Of a stretch of DNA of 64,000 nt, positions 1 through 9,203 are shown in pieces. Source of the DNA: an uncultured delta proteobacterium (GTDB taxonomy: Bacteria; Myxococcota; Myxococcia; Myxococcales; Myxococcaceae); the NCBI GenBank assembly GCA_963771175.1, contig CAVYSY010000007.1, positions 25,864 through 89,863 on the forward strand. Direction: 5' to 3'. The notes below the pieces were generated by a model, which worked only from the letters and a program-made list of their open reading frames with translations, made no database searches and had not been told where the DNA came from. The translations under genes were made by a program, and so were the position numbers. Position 1 is the first letter of the stretch, and each line of letters begins with the position of its first letter.

Positions 1-102
1 GCCAGCGATGGTGGGAAGCCGCAGCCGGCTGAGCGCCAGGACCACCACCACCGCCACCCCGAAGACGACCACCAGTTCCTGGAGGAGCTCGGGAGCCTGC
101 AT
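1..102 (-). CDS. 5' end of a probable cation:proton antiporter (CPA2/KefB-like), truncated by window edge
   Basis: Manual translation from ATG at 102: MQAPELLQELVVVFGVAVVVVLALSRLRLPTIAG, resembling the hydrophobic CPA2 N-terminus; GGAG-rich RBS upstream. Confidence 0.6.
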   Translation of the reverse strand, partial: MQAPELLQELVVVFGVAVVVVLALSRLRLPTIAG

Positions 103-148
103 GGACGCGCCTCCGCGTCTCTCCCTCCAGGGTAATGACTGTCTCGGC

Positions 149-1492
149 TCAGCGCTCGAAGTCCACGCCGACGCCGAGGCCCGCCGTGAAGCCGTTCACC
201 AGCCGGCCGTCCGCCTGCGGGAATTGCTCCGTGCCGCCCATGAGGAGGCCGTAGAGCGCGGGCACGAAGCGGTGACGCACCTCGGCGGCCGCCGAGTAGC
301 GCGGCTTGCCGGTGAGGTCGGTGAGGATGGCGCGCAGCTCGGCCACCGTCTTGCCGCCGGGCAGGTGCACCTGGAGCGCGACGTCCGTGTCCACCCGGCC
401 CGTGCTGACGAAGTACTCGCCGGACGCGCTGGCGGTCAGCTCCAGGTCCTCCTTCCCGCCCGGGCTCACCGTCGCCACCACCTCGCCGTAGCCGGAGAAG
501 GTCGTCGGCAGCAGCTCCTCGGCGAGCGGCTGCTCGCGCAGGCCCACCCCGGAGAAGCGCGAGAACTCGTAGCCCGCGCCGAAGAAGCCGAAGCGGAAGC
601 GGCCGCCCTGGCGCCGCGCCTCCAGCCGGCCGCTGATCTCCACCATCTCCTTGGGCCGGGCCGCCACCACCAGACCGAGCGCCGCGCCGTAGTCCGGCAC
701 GGACTCAATCAGCGTGTCCGCCCGAGCGCCCGCCGCGGCCTGCACCCAGAGCTGCAGCTTCTCGTTCTTCGCCACGCCCATATGCAGACCCAGGCTCGCC
801 GCGGAGAGGGCCGGCGTCGTTCCGCCGCCCTTGCCGAAGTCGTGCGCCACGTCCAGCGAGAGGAGGTAGCGGTCGAACGCCGTCTCCTTGTCGCTCAACA
901 CGCGGCCCAGGTCCAACCGGACCTCGCCGGCGAAGAGGCGCGCGGCCAGCACGTCGCTGGCGAAGAGCTCCACCCGGGTGGGCCCGAGGTACGCGACGAG
1001 GTTGGCGCCCGCGGGGTGGTAATCCGGCGAGAGCCGGTTGTGGTAGCGGTTCACCAGCCACCCCGCCCCGAGCGAGTACCCGGAGAAGCCGCCCGCGCGC
1101 AGTTGGAAGCGGCCATCGTTCCGGCCGATGCGCAGCTCACGCAGAATCTGGGCGAAGTCGCTGCGCTCGTCCCAGTCCTGGCGCCGCAGCCGGCCGCCGT
1201 AGTCCTGCTCGGTCTGCAGGGGCTCCTGGTCGAGCAGGCGCAGGCGCAGCGGGGCGCCCAGCTCGAACTCGAACTCCTCGCCGCCCTTCACGCCGATGCG
1301 CGGGACGACGAAGCCGAAGACATCCATCCCGTTGGCCCCGGTGCCCGAGGGCAGGGCCTGTCCACCCACTTCGAGGGCCGCACGGAAGTGAACGCCTTCT
1401 TCCTCGGGTGCCATCGCGTAGGCAGGTTCGACGTAGGCCTTGGGGGTCTGCTGGAGCAGCGAGACAAGGACGAGCAGGGGGGCGCCAATCAT
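149..1492 (-). CDS. Secreted/outer-membrane hypothetical protein, possibly beta-barrel
   Basis: Long high-GC3 ORF; signal-like start MIGAPLLVLVSLL; amphipathic beta-strand pattern; C-terminus GLGVGVDFER. Confidence 0.65.
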   Translation of the reverse strand: MIGAPLLVLVSLLQQTPKAYVEPAYAMAPEEEGVHFRAALEVGGQALPSGTGANGMDVFGFVVPRIGVKGGEEFEFELGAPLRLRLLDQEPLQTEQDYGGRLRRQDWDERSDFAQILRELRIGRNDGRFQLRAGGFSGYSLGAGWLVNRYHNRLSPDYHPAGANLVAYLGPTRVELFASDVLAARLFAGEVRLDLGRVLSDKETAFDRYLLSLDVAHDFGKGGGTTPALSAASLGLHMGVAKNEKLQLWVQAAAGARADTLIESVPDYGAALGLVVAARPKEMVEISGRLEARRQGGRFRFGFFGAGYEFSRFSGVGLREQPLAEELLPTTFSGYGEVVATVSPGGKEDLELTASASGEYFVSTGRVDTDVALQVHLPGGKTVAELRAILTDLTGKPRYSAAAEVRHRFVPALYGLLMGGTEQFPQADGRLVNGFTAGLGVGVDFER

Positions 1493-1722
1493 GGCCGGCC
1501 ACTCTACCGCGCTTCCCACCGAGCGCCGGGTCTCGCGAGATGAAACAAGATTGCAACCCGCCTCCTCGTACACCAGGCGGCCAGGCACGAAAGACCACGG
1601 CCCGCGTCCAGCGGTCATGTCGAGCAAGAGGCTCCACCCACCCCCACCAACCCCAGCCCACCGCTCGCCCGACTCCGCCAAGGACGCGGGCCGTCGCCCG
1701 CCCCACCCCCGTAGGGCACCCG

Positions 1723-1950
1723 CTACTCCACGAAGACGATCTGCTTCCCGGTGGCCCTGGCCATGGCCTTGGACGACACCAGCTTCGCGGCGGCCTCCAC
1801 CTCGCCCGTCACCTCGAAGGCCGCGGCGATCAGCTCACCCAGCGTCACCCGCACCCTGCGCACGGGAGGGCTCGCCTTCGCCACCACGCGGCGCTCCGAA
1901 GTGCCCTTCACCCGCCGCTCGCCCTGCTTCATCCCCTGGGTCTTCGCCAT
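1723..1950 (-). CDS. Small basic myxobacterial hypothetical protein
   Basis: MAKTQGMKQG...RVTLGELIAAAFEV...IVFVE; purine-rich RBS before ATG 1950. Confidence 0.6.
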   Translation of the reverse strand: MAKTQGMKQGERRVKGTSERRVVAKASPPVRRVRVTLGELIAAAFEVTGEVEAAAKLVSSKAMARATGKQIVFVE

Positions 1951-2356
1951 GGTTCGCCCCTTCCCTCTGGTCTGGCTTGTCCGTCCCGTTGCCGACGCCC
2001 CACGCCGCCGCCCCACGCTCGAACCCAATAGCAACCCGCGTGCCCGCGCATAAACCCTTGGAACCACGGGGCTCTCCTGGGGAATGGAGCGCAAGCTGCC
2101 CGGGTGGGACTGTCGTTTCTACCGAAGGAGGGAGTGGAACCACCGGAACGAATGACCGAGCCGACACCCGCGGAGACGCACGCACCGGGTGCGAGAGACA
2201 TCGCCCCTTTCCTCCGTTGCCCGGCGCACCCTTTCGCGCAGCGCACAGTGGCCCTATCGGAAAGGCGACGTGCCAGCGCTGGCCACTCGCGGACGGCCTT
2301 TCGGCTCCATACATCCATGAAAGTCAGTCCAGCCAGGTAATCCCCGGAGGCCAGCC

Positions 2357-2905
2357 ATGCAGAAGCGGGTCGTCGTTCCCCCCAATGTCGAGGTGCTGGG
2401 TCAGTCCATCATGGCCGTGGTCAGGGGGATGGAGCTCCTCAGGAACAAGGCGCTGCGCCTGCTGGCCGAGAACGGCATCCAGACGCTGGAGCCGCTGAGC
2501 TGGTACCCGCTGCGCGACGCACTGGCCGCCATCCACGCCATCCACGAGAAGATCGGCCCGAGCACGCTGCGGGCAGTGGGCCGGAAGGCGCCGGAGCACG
2601 CGAGGTTCCCGCCGGAGGTGCGCACACTGGAGGCGGCGCTGCGCGCGCTCGACAAGGCCTACCAGATGAACCACCGGGGGCAGGTGGGGGGCAACATCGG
2701 CGGCTACCGCTTCGAGTCGGTGTCGGCGCGCAGCGCCCGGCTCGTCTGCGACAACCCCTACCCGTGTGACTTCGACCAGGGACTCCTCGAGGCCCTGTGC
2801 GAGCGCTTCCGTCCGAAGGACTCGGTGTGGATGCGCGTCGAGCACGGACCGCGGGGGTGCCGCCAGAAGGACGGGACGGCCTGCACCTACCACGTCACGT
2901 GGTGA
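2357..2905 (+). CDS. V4R/H-NOX-like ligand-binding hypothetical protein
   Basis: GGAGG RBS; AYQMNHRG..IGGY, NPYPCDFD.G and H...CR..G...C.Y.V.W motifs resembling the 4-vinyl-reductase fold. Confidence 0.65.
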   Translation: MQKRVVVPPNVEVLGQSIMAVVRGMELLRNKALRLLAENGIQTLEPLSWYPLRDALAAIHAIHEKIGPSTLRAVGRKAPEHARFPPEVRTLEAALRALDKAYQMNHRGQVGGNIGGYRFESVSARSARLVCDNPYPCDFDQGLLEALCERFRPKDSVWMRVEHGPRGCRQKDGTACTYHVTW

Positions 2906-2919
2906 GGGCCCCGCGGGGA

Positions 2920-3381
2920 CTACTTCGCGGGAGGAGAGGAGAGGACGAGGATGAGCTCGCCGCCCACGTGCTTGCCGGCGCGCTGGTAGACGGAGCCCTC
3001 GCGACCCAGCTCCACGTCCACGGCGGAGAGCTGAGGCACCTCCACGCGCAGGGTGGCGGTGTCGCCCTGCATGCGCAGCAGCCGCAGCGAGGCATTCACC
3101 CCGTTGGGCAGCCGCACCTCGGTGGGCTCCTTGCTGCTCACCTCCAGCGACTGCTGGGACAGGCGCTTGAAGGAGGTGAAGTTGAAGTTCTGCCGCTGGA
3201 AGGTCTCCTTCATCTTCTGGAGCTCCGGCGGCTCCACCTCGGTGCCCTTGCGCGAGACGAGCACCACCTCCACCTGCACCTTGAGCTTCTGCTCCTCGGC
3301 CTGGGCCGCCAGGGGCGAGAGGAACAGGCCCACCAGCGCCAGCGCCAACAAGGCCGTGGGCATCCGCGTCGTCTTCCTCAT
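2920..3381 (-). CDS. Secreted hypothetical protein, third gene of the ECF operon
   Basis: Signal peptide ending AQA; start overlaps the anti-sigma stop codon. Confidence 0.75.
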   Translation of the reverse strand: MRKTTRMPTALLALALVGLFLSPLAAQAEEQKLKVQVEVVLVSRKGTEVEPPELQKMKETFQRQNFNFTSFKRLSQQSLEVSSKEPTEVRLPNGVNASLRLLRMQGDTATLRVEVPQLSAVDVELGREGSVYQRAGKHVGGELILVLSSPPAK

Positions 3382-4052
3382 AGCTCTCCTCCCTTGGGCC
3401 GAGGGTTCTTGCCGGGCGCCGCGGGGTGCGAGGGCCCCACGCCCGGCTCGTCCTTCGGCGCCTCCTCCAGGTCCAGCTCGTCCTGGGCGTCATCCTGCCC
3501 ATCGCGAGGCTCCACCACCGAGGCATCGTGCTGCGACTGCGCGTCCTGGTCCACCACCCAGATGATGGTGTTGCCATCATCGGACTCGAGCACCACGGGG
3601 GCCACCTTGGCGCCCTCGGAGGCGCGCACGGCGCGCACGCGCATCCGGTCCCCGCCGTAGCCCATGGGGGCCTCGTCGCGGCTGGCGAGCAGCGGCACCA
3701 CCACCAGCGCGAGCACGGCGGCCGTGGCCAGCGAGGAGACCATGGCGGTGCGGTGGTAGAGGAACAGCTCGGAGAGCGAGATGCGCAGCCGCTCCAGCAG
3801 CGGCGGGCGCTCCGGCGTCACCCGGGCCATGACGCGCTGGGTGAAGTCCTTGAAGTCCACCTCGTCCACGGCCATTTCCAGGCCCACCCGGAGGAGGGCG
3901 GACTCAGCGCGCAGGTCCGCCGCGCGGCTGGCGCAGTCCCGGCAGGCCGACAGGTGTCGCTCGACGTTGACACGTTCGGCGGGAGACAGCTCCCCGTCGA
4001 TGTAGGGGGACAGCAGGGGGACAAAACGCTCGCACGCGGGATTTCCGGCCAT
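3378..4052 (-). CDS. Zinc-binding anti-sigma factor (zf-HC2) with one transmembrane helix
   Basis: LSPYIDGELS...HLSACRDC (HxxxCxxC); TM segment AAVLALVVVPLL; directly downstream of ECF sigma. Confidence 0.9.
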   Translation of the reverse strand: MAGNPACERFVPLLSPYIDGELSPAERVNVERHLSACRDCASRAADLRAESALLRVGLEMAVDEVDFKDFTQRVMARVTPERPPLLERLRISLSELFLYHRTAMVSSLATAAVLALVVVPLLASRDEAPMGYGGDRMRVRAVRASEGAKVAPVVLESDDGNTIIWVVDQDAQSQHDASVVEPRDGQDDAQDELDLEEAPKDEPGVGPSHPAAPGKNPRPKGGEL

Positions 4053-4121
4053 GTTCCTCACCCGGTGTAATGGGGGACGTGCGGCTTGGACGGCAGCGGG
4101 GAACCAATATTCCAGTCCCGT

Positions 4122-4739
4122 TCACTCACTGCCGACTCCGCTCTTGGCCTCGTCCAACTCCAGGTATTCACTGAGGATTTTCTGCACCTTGGTCCGCGCG
4201 TGGAAGAGCCGGCTCATCACCGTGCCCTTGGGAATGTCCAGCGTGCGGGCCAGGTCCTCATAGGACATGCCCTCGATTTCGCGCAGCAGGAGGATGGCGC
4301 GATGCTTCTCGGGAACGGCCGCGAGGGCCTCCTGGATTTTCTCCGCCAATTCGCGGCGCAGGGCGCTCTTCTGGGGGTTGGTGCCCAGGCGGCTGCCGAG
4401 CGCGCCGATGCGGGCCTCGGAGAGGTCCGTGGCGACGGACTCGTCGAACTCCTCGGGGTCGCCGCCGGCGGAGCCCTTCCGGCGCATCACGTCGATACAG
4501 ATGTTGACGGTGATGCGGTAGAGCCAGGTGTAGAAGGACGAGTCGCCCTTGAAGTGGTCCAGGTACTTGTAGACCTTGACGAACGCCTCCTGGGAGACGT
4601 CCATCGCCTCTTCCTTGTCCTTCAGCATGCCCAGGGCGACGGCGTACACCTTGCGCTGGTAACGCTCGACGAGGAGCTTGAAGGCGCGCTGGTCTCCGCT
4701 GCGGACGCGCTTGACGAGAGTGAGATCGTCGGTGGCCAA
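4122..4739 (-). CDS. rpoE: ECF RNA polymerase sigma-70 factor (RpoE-like)
   Basis: Region 2 AMDVSQEAFVKVY..L..FKGDSSFYTWLYRIT; region 4 LREIEGMSYEDLA..LDIPKGTVMSRLFHAR; TTG start. Confidence 0.92.
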   Translation of the reverse strand: MATDDLTLVKRVRSGDQRAFKLLVERYQRKVYAVALGMLKDKEEAMDVSQEAFVKVYKYLDHFKGDSSFYTWLYRITVNICIDVMRRKGSAGGDPEEFDESVATDLSEARIGALGSRLGTNPQKSALRRELAEKIQEALAAVPEKHRAILLLREIEGMSYEDLARTLDIPKGTVMSRLFHARTKVQKILSEYLELDEAKSGVGSE

Positions 4740-4908
4740 GGGTGCGCCACCCTAGCATGAGCGACCCGGGCCCCAAGCATTCTCGGTGGGTCGGACGTTC
4801 ACCGGCGGGCGGCTGCACGGGCTGCCAGCCGACGCCTGTCTGGAGCCGGACCTACCGGACAGCCCCCCTCATCGACGATTCCAGTTTTCCTGCTCTAACG
4901 TGTCTCGG

Positions 4909-5355
4909 ATGCGAGCCACGACACGAGTCCTGCGCATGGGGTCGGTGGTGCTGTGGGGAGTGGTCCTGTCGGGCTGCTCGGCGCACTCCCTGACGAGCTG
5001 CCGCCCTGGAGAGCCCTCGACGAATTGCTGCATCCGGAAGTTCGCGCTGAGCCCGGTGGAGAGTTGTGGCGCCACCATGTCGGAGGTGGACCTGGTCCTC
5101 AGGGACATGGCGTTGGCCATGGCCATGGAGGAGGCGGCCAAGGAGTCAGCGCAGAACGCCGGGGACGAGGCCGAGGAGGACGACTTCGCCAACAACAAGG
5201 ACCTGCCGGAGTGGAAGCAGCGGTGCATCAAGAACTACGTCAGTTGCCGAGATGGCGGGTGGACGGGCAACTGCTACGACTGTCTCCGGCGATGTGAGGG
5301 GCAACAGGAATGGCCCATGGCCATGTGCGGGCCGCGAGGGAGCAAGAAGAGGTGA
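4909..5355 (+). CDS. Cysteine-rich lipoprotein (possible effector/toxin)
   Basis: Basic n-region, hydrophobic stretch, lipobox LSGC; 11 Cys including C-terminal CIKNYVSC..CYDCLRRCEGQQEWP...C. Confidence 0.7.
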   Translation: MRATTRVLRMGSVVLWGVVLSGCSAHSLTSCRPGEPSTNCCIRKFALSPVESCGATMSEVDLVLRDMALAMAMEEAAKESAQNAGDEAEEDDFANNKDLPEWKQRCIKNYVSCRDGGWTGNCYDCLRRCEGQQEWPMAMCGPRGSKKR

Positions 5356-5359
5356 AGCG

Positions 5360-5755
5360 ATGGAGTACCTGGACGCGGACCTGGATGCAGCCTGGAATCA
5401 GCTGTGGGAGTTGGAGAACCGGGTTCACCAAGGTGAAGCGCTGGCCCTCACCCGTGAGGTGCGTGACCTTCTGCGGCGCACGGCCCCTTCGGTAGCCATC
5501 AGCGACGCCGAGGCGGATACGGCCCTCGACAACGTGGAGAGCGCCACCGCGCTGCTCCAGAAAATCCGGGCGCGCATCCGCGACGGCTCGAATCGCCTCA
5601 GTGATGCGCTGCACCGGATGTACCGCCTTCGGGACAAGGGGGACCTCGATGGGGCACGCCAGCAGATGAGGGACGTGCTCGCCGTGGAGGTCGTTCCTCT
5701 GTACCGAGAGATTGCCGAAGGGCAATTGGCCGCACTCGATGAGGGGCACTCATGA
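5360..5755 (+). CDS. DUSAM (DUF2379-like) myxobacterial protein
   Basis: LLRRTAPSVAIS...RIRDGSNRL..AL.RMYRL.D.GDLDGARQQMRDVLAVEVVPLYR matches the myxobacterial DUSAM pattern; GAGG RBS. Confidence 0.8.
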   Translation: MEYLDADLDAAWNQLWELENRVHQGEALALTREVRDLLRRTAPSVAISDAEADTALDNVESATALLQKIRARIRDGSNRLSDALHRMYRLRDKGDLDGARQQMRDVLAVEVVPLYREIAEGQLAALDEGHS

Positions 5756-6483
5756 CACTGCATCGATCTCCGGATGCGCCCCCGTTCCTTCTCGGGGCCT
5801 ACGTCGTCGACGAGCGCGTCGAGGACTGGACCCGGTTCCCGTTCAATCTGCCGTACGTGAAGGACCTCGACCTGGAGTTCGACCGGCCTGTCACCCTGTT
5901 CGTCGGCGAGAACGGCTCCGGCAAGTCCACCCTGCTGAGCGCGCTCGCGGAACTGGCGGGTCTGCCGGGCGGTGGGGGGAGCAGGAACGAGCTCTCCGAT
6001 TCCGAGCGCCGTGCATCCTTGCTCGCCGCCGCCATGCGCCCCAAGTTCAGGGCCCGGCCACGCGATGGCTTCTTCTTCCGCGCGGACGCCCTTCTGGATT
6101 TCGCTCGCATCCTGGACAAGCGGAAGGAGGACCCGGACTTCCTGGGCGACCCCTATGCGCGGTACGGGGGCAAGTCGCTTCGAGAGCGCTCCCATGGGGA
6201 GAGCGTCTCGGCCGTGTTCGGCGCGAACAGGAGCGGGGGGCTCTTCTTCTTCGACGAGCCCGAGTCGGCCTTCTCTCCGACACGGCAGTTGGAGTTCGTG
6301 AAGGCAATCGAGGAATCCGCCCGAGGCGGCAGCTGGCAATTCGTCATCGCCACCCACTCGCCCATCGTCATGTCCATCCAGCGTGCGCGAATCCTCGACT
6401 TCGACCGCCCCGAGCTTCCGTCCATCCAACCGGAGGAGACGAAGCACTGGAGCGTGTTCAAACGCATCCTCTGCCAGCAGTAG
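5752..6483 (+). CDS. Stand-alone ABC-type ATPase (AAA_21/COG3910-like)
   Basis: Walker A GENGSGKS, signature SHGES, Walker B FFFDEPE, H-loop IATHSP; ATGA overlap with DUSAM stop. Confidence 0.88.
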   Translation: MTLHRSPDAPPFLLGAYVVDERVEDWTRFPFNLPYVKDLDLEFDRPVTLFVGENGSGKSTLLSALAELAGLPGGGGSRNELSDSERRASLLAAAMRPKFRARPRDGFFFRADALLDFARILDKRKEDPDFLGDPYARYGGKSLRERSHGESVSAVFGANRSGGLFFFDEPESAFSPTRQLEFVKAIEESARGGSWQFVIATHSPIVMSIQRARILDFDRPELPSIQPEETKHWSVFKRILCQQ

Positions 6484-6486
6484 ACG

Positions 6487-7731
6487 TCACAGGCTGACGA
6501 GCATGGCCAACAACAGCGCCGCTCCCACCAGGGCGAGGATGGCCCCGAAGGCCACCTGGCTCCACTTCTCCCGCTCCACCGCGCTCAGCTCCGGTGGATC
6601 CCTGAAGCGGTGGAGGAAGTTCCAGACCATGTGGGAGCCCAGCCGCTTGTTGGTTCCTCGCTGCGCATGGCCCGAGACGGGCACCTCGTCCGGATTCGGC
6701 TCGAGCCCCTCCCCGGCCACCGGCCGCAGGTGCGGAGGCAGCATTCCGGGAACCATCACGCCCTGCTGGGGGCCACCCGTCTGGAGGGGCGGCAACAGGG
6801 GTTGCTCCGTCTGGTCGAGCACCGCGCGAGTCGCCTCGGACTCCAGCGGCTGGGCCTTGGTCTCCTGCAGCGGCCGCGAGGAGTGCTCCTCCACCACCGG
6901 AAGGGAGACTTCCGAGGAGAATCGCTCCGGCCCGGGCTCGATGCGGACTCCGGCGAGCTTCTCGTGCAGCGCCTCCGGGGACTGCGCCTCCAGCATCTCG
7001 AGGGCCACCGCCACCCCGTCCCGGCCCGTGTTGGCCTCGCGCAGGCCCGCGAAGCCGTGCTCGGTGAGCGCCTCGCGGAAGAGCTCCCGCCCCGCCTCGC
7101 TCTGGCCCGCCGGGTCCTTCGCGTTCGCCTCGGCGTAGGCCAGGAAGAAGGACCAGAGGCGCTCGGCGCGCTCGGAGGGCGCCAGCCGCGAGGGTCTCAG
7201 CTCCGCGCCCAGGAAGCGAAGCTCCTCGGCGAAGTGGTGGGCGAGCGACTCCTCCCCAATGGGCTCGGAGAACGTCGGCAGCAGTTCCCCCAGCGGCCGA
7301 GCCTCGGCGCCCTCATGGACCTCCGGGTCTCCCGGAGTGGGCACCGGCACCAGGAGATCCGTCAGGAGCGGAGCCTCCATGGTGTGCCGGGCGGGAAGCC
7401 GCGGGCGCTCGCCCGTCCTCGCGGAGGGCGGTTTGTCGAAACGGGTGCCGTTCGCGTCGCGGGCCCTGCCCGAGCGGGCCTCGCCACGGGACTCCAGGCC
7501 GTCCTGGGAGAAGTCCAGGCCGCTCGTCGTCGTCCGCTCCTGGCGCACCTCGCCGGCACGCGGCAACTCCACCTGCGTGGGCATGCCGCCGATGCGCGTC
7601 AGCTCCTCGCGGGCCACACCGCTGCCGTTTCCGGCCTTGCCTGAACGACCCGGGGGGCCCCCCTCGGGCCGGCTCGGAGGCCGACCCACGAAGGTCCCAC
7701 GGCCTCCCTTGATGTTTCCGGCGTGGCTCAT
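6487..7731 (-). CDS. Pro/Gly-rich hypothetical protein with C-terminal transmembrane anchor
   Basis: Long ORF; low-complexity N-terminus; C-terminal FGAILALVGAALLLAMLVSL. Confidence 0.7.
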   Translation of the reverse strand: MSHAGNIKGGRGTFVGRPPSRPEGGPPGRSGKAGNGSGVAREELTRIGGMPTQVELPRAGEVRQERTTTSGLDFSQDGLESRGEARSGRARDANGTRFDKPPSARTGERPRLPARHTMEAPLLTDLLVPVPTPGDPEVHEGAEARPLGELLPTFSEPIGEESLAHHFAEELRFLGAELRPSRLAPSERAERLWSFFLAYAEANAKDPAGQSEAGRELFREALTEHGFAGLREANTGRDGVAVALEMLEAQSPEALHEKLAGVRIEPGPERFSSEVSLPVVEEHSSRPLQETKAQPLESEATRAVLDQTEQPLLPPLQTGGPQQGVMVPGMLPPHLRPVAGEGLEPNPDEVPVSGHAQRGTNKRLGSHMVWNFLHRFRDPPELSAVEREKWSQVAFGAILALVGAALLLAMLVSL

Positions 7732-7781
7732 CCCCTGGATTGTCGCCTGGACGGCGAGCAAGTTGCCAGGGGAGCCCCCGC

Positions 7782-8285
7782 CTACTCCTCTTCCCTCTCC
7801 GCCTTCACCGGAGATGTCATCCCGTTGACATCCAGGATGACGCTGAAGACGGACACCTGGCCATCGCCATCCAGGTCCCCCCGGGCGTAGCAGGTGACCT
7901 CCGCCTCCCCGAGGGGGGTCTCCTGCACCACCACCTGGTACTGGTAGCGGACGCGCTCGCCCGGCTCGAAGCCGATCCTCTTCAGGTTCTCGTCCGGCTC
8001 GAAGGGCACCGACTTGCCGCCCCGCGGCATGTCCTTGGGCACCGGGCCCGCGACGAGGAAGACGCCGTGCTCGTCGCGGTAGGACTGCACGTCACCACAC
8101 AGGCGGAGCACGTTGACGCGCGCCTCGTTGGTGAGGGCCTGGTCCTGCACGGGGTGCGAGCGGCTGATGACGAAGAAGGCGCCGCCCGCCACCGCCATGA
8201 GGCACGGGACCGCGAGCACCGCCCCCACCAGCGCCACCTTCTTCCAGGTGGCCATGCGCGGCTTGTCGGAAACGGGGTTGTCCAT
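7782..8285 (-). CDS. Type IV pilin-like membrane protein
   Basis: N-terminal TM, then EARVNV..L...VQSY..EHG.F, IGFEPGERVRYQY and ARGDLDGDG, resembling myxobacterial PilA. Confidence 0.6.
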   Translation of the reverse strand: MDNPVSDKPRMATWKKVALVGAVLAVPCLMAVAGGAFFVISRSHPVQDQALTNEARVNVLRLCGDVQSYRDEHGVFLVAGPVPKDMPRGGKSVPFEPDENLKRIGFEPGERVRYQYQVVVQETPLGEAEVTCYARGDLDGDGQVSVFSVILDVNGMTSPVKAEREEE

Positions 8286-8300
8286 GGGACTCGCTCCTCG

Positions 8301-9203
8301 TTAGCGGGTGCCGGCCCAGTCGCGCGGGTTGCGGAGCACCTCCACCAGTCGCGCCTCCTCGGAGCCGGGGGCGGGGTGGTGGTCGTAGCGCCAGCGCACC
8401 TGCGGGGGCAGCGACATGAGGATGGACTCGGTGCGCCCCTTCGTCTCCAGGCCGAAGATGGTGCCCCGGTCCCAGACGAGGTTGAACTCCACGTAGCGCC
8501 CGCGCCGCACCTCCTGCCAAAAGCGCTGCGCCTCAGTAACGGGCGTGTCCTTGCGCCGCTCGGCGATGGGCAGGTACGCGGGGAGGAAGGCCCGGCCGGC
8601 ATCCCGCACCAGGTCGAACTCGCGCTCCAGGTCCCCACCCAGGTTCTCGAAGAAGATACCTCCCACTCCGCGCGCCTCCTCGCGGTGGCGCAGGAAGAAG
8701 TACTTGTCGCAGGCCTCCTTGAAGCGCGGGTAGTACGTCGGGTCGTGCGGGTCGCACGCCTCCTTGTGGGTGCGGTGGAAGTGCACCGCGTCCTCCTCAT
8801 AGAGGTAGTAGGGCGTCAGGTCCGCGCCGCCGCCGAACCACGCCTTTCCGCCCTGTTGAATGAAGCGGTAGTTGGCGTGCACGGTGGGCACATGCGGGTT
8901 GCGCGGGTGGAGCACCAGCGAGATGCCCGCGGCCCAGAAGGTGAGCCCCTCGCCCTGCAACTTCTTGGAGAAGGCCTCCTCCAGCTCGCCAAACACCACC
9001 GAGGTGCTGACGCCGCCCTTCTCCAGCACGGCCCCGTCCTCCAGCACGCGGCTGCGCCCACCGCCACCGCCCGGTCGCTGCCACGGGTCCTCCCGGAAGC
9101 GGGCCTTCCCATCGAGCCGCTCCAGCGCCCCGCAGATGTCGTCCTGCAGGCCGTGGATGAACTCCACCATCCGCTCCTTCATCTTCTCCACGTCCACCGT
9201 CAT
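8301..9203 (-). CDS. hemF: Oxygen-dependent coproporphyrinogen III oxidase
   Basis: GISLVLHPRNPHVPTVHANYR, WFGGGADLTP, RGVGGIFF, RRGRYVEFNLVWDRGTIFGL, ESILMSLPP. Confidence 0.97.
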   Translation of the reverse strand: MTVDVEKMKERMVEFIHGLQDDICGALERLDGKARFREDPWQRPGGGGGRSRVLEDGAVLEKGGVSTSVVFGELEEAFSKKLQGEGLTFWAAGISLVLHPRNPHVPTVHANYRFIQQGGKAWFGGGADLTPYYLYEEDAVHFHRTHKEACDPHDPTYYPRFKEACDKYFFLRHREEARGVGGIFFENLGGDLEREFDLVRDAGRAFLPAYLPIAERRKDTPVTEAQRFWQEVRRGRYVEFNLVWDRGTIFGLETKGRTESILMSLPPQVRWRYDHHPAPGSEEARLVEVLRNPRDWAGTR

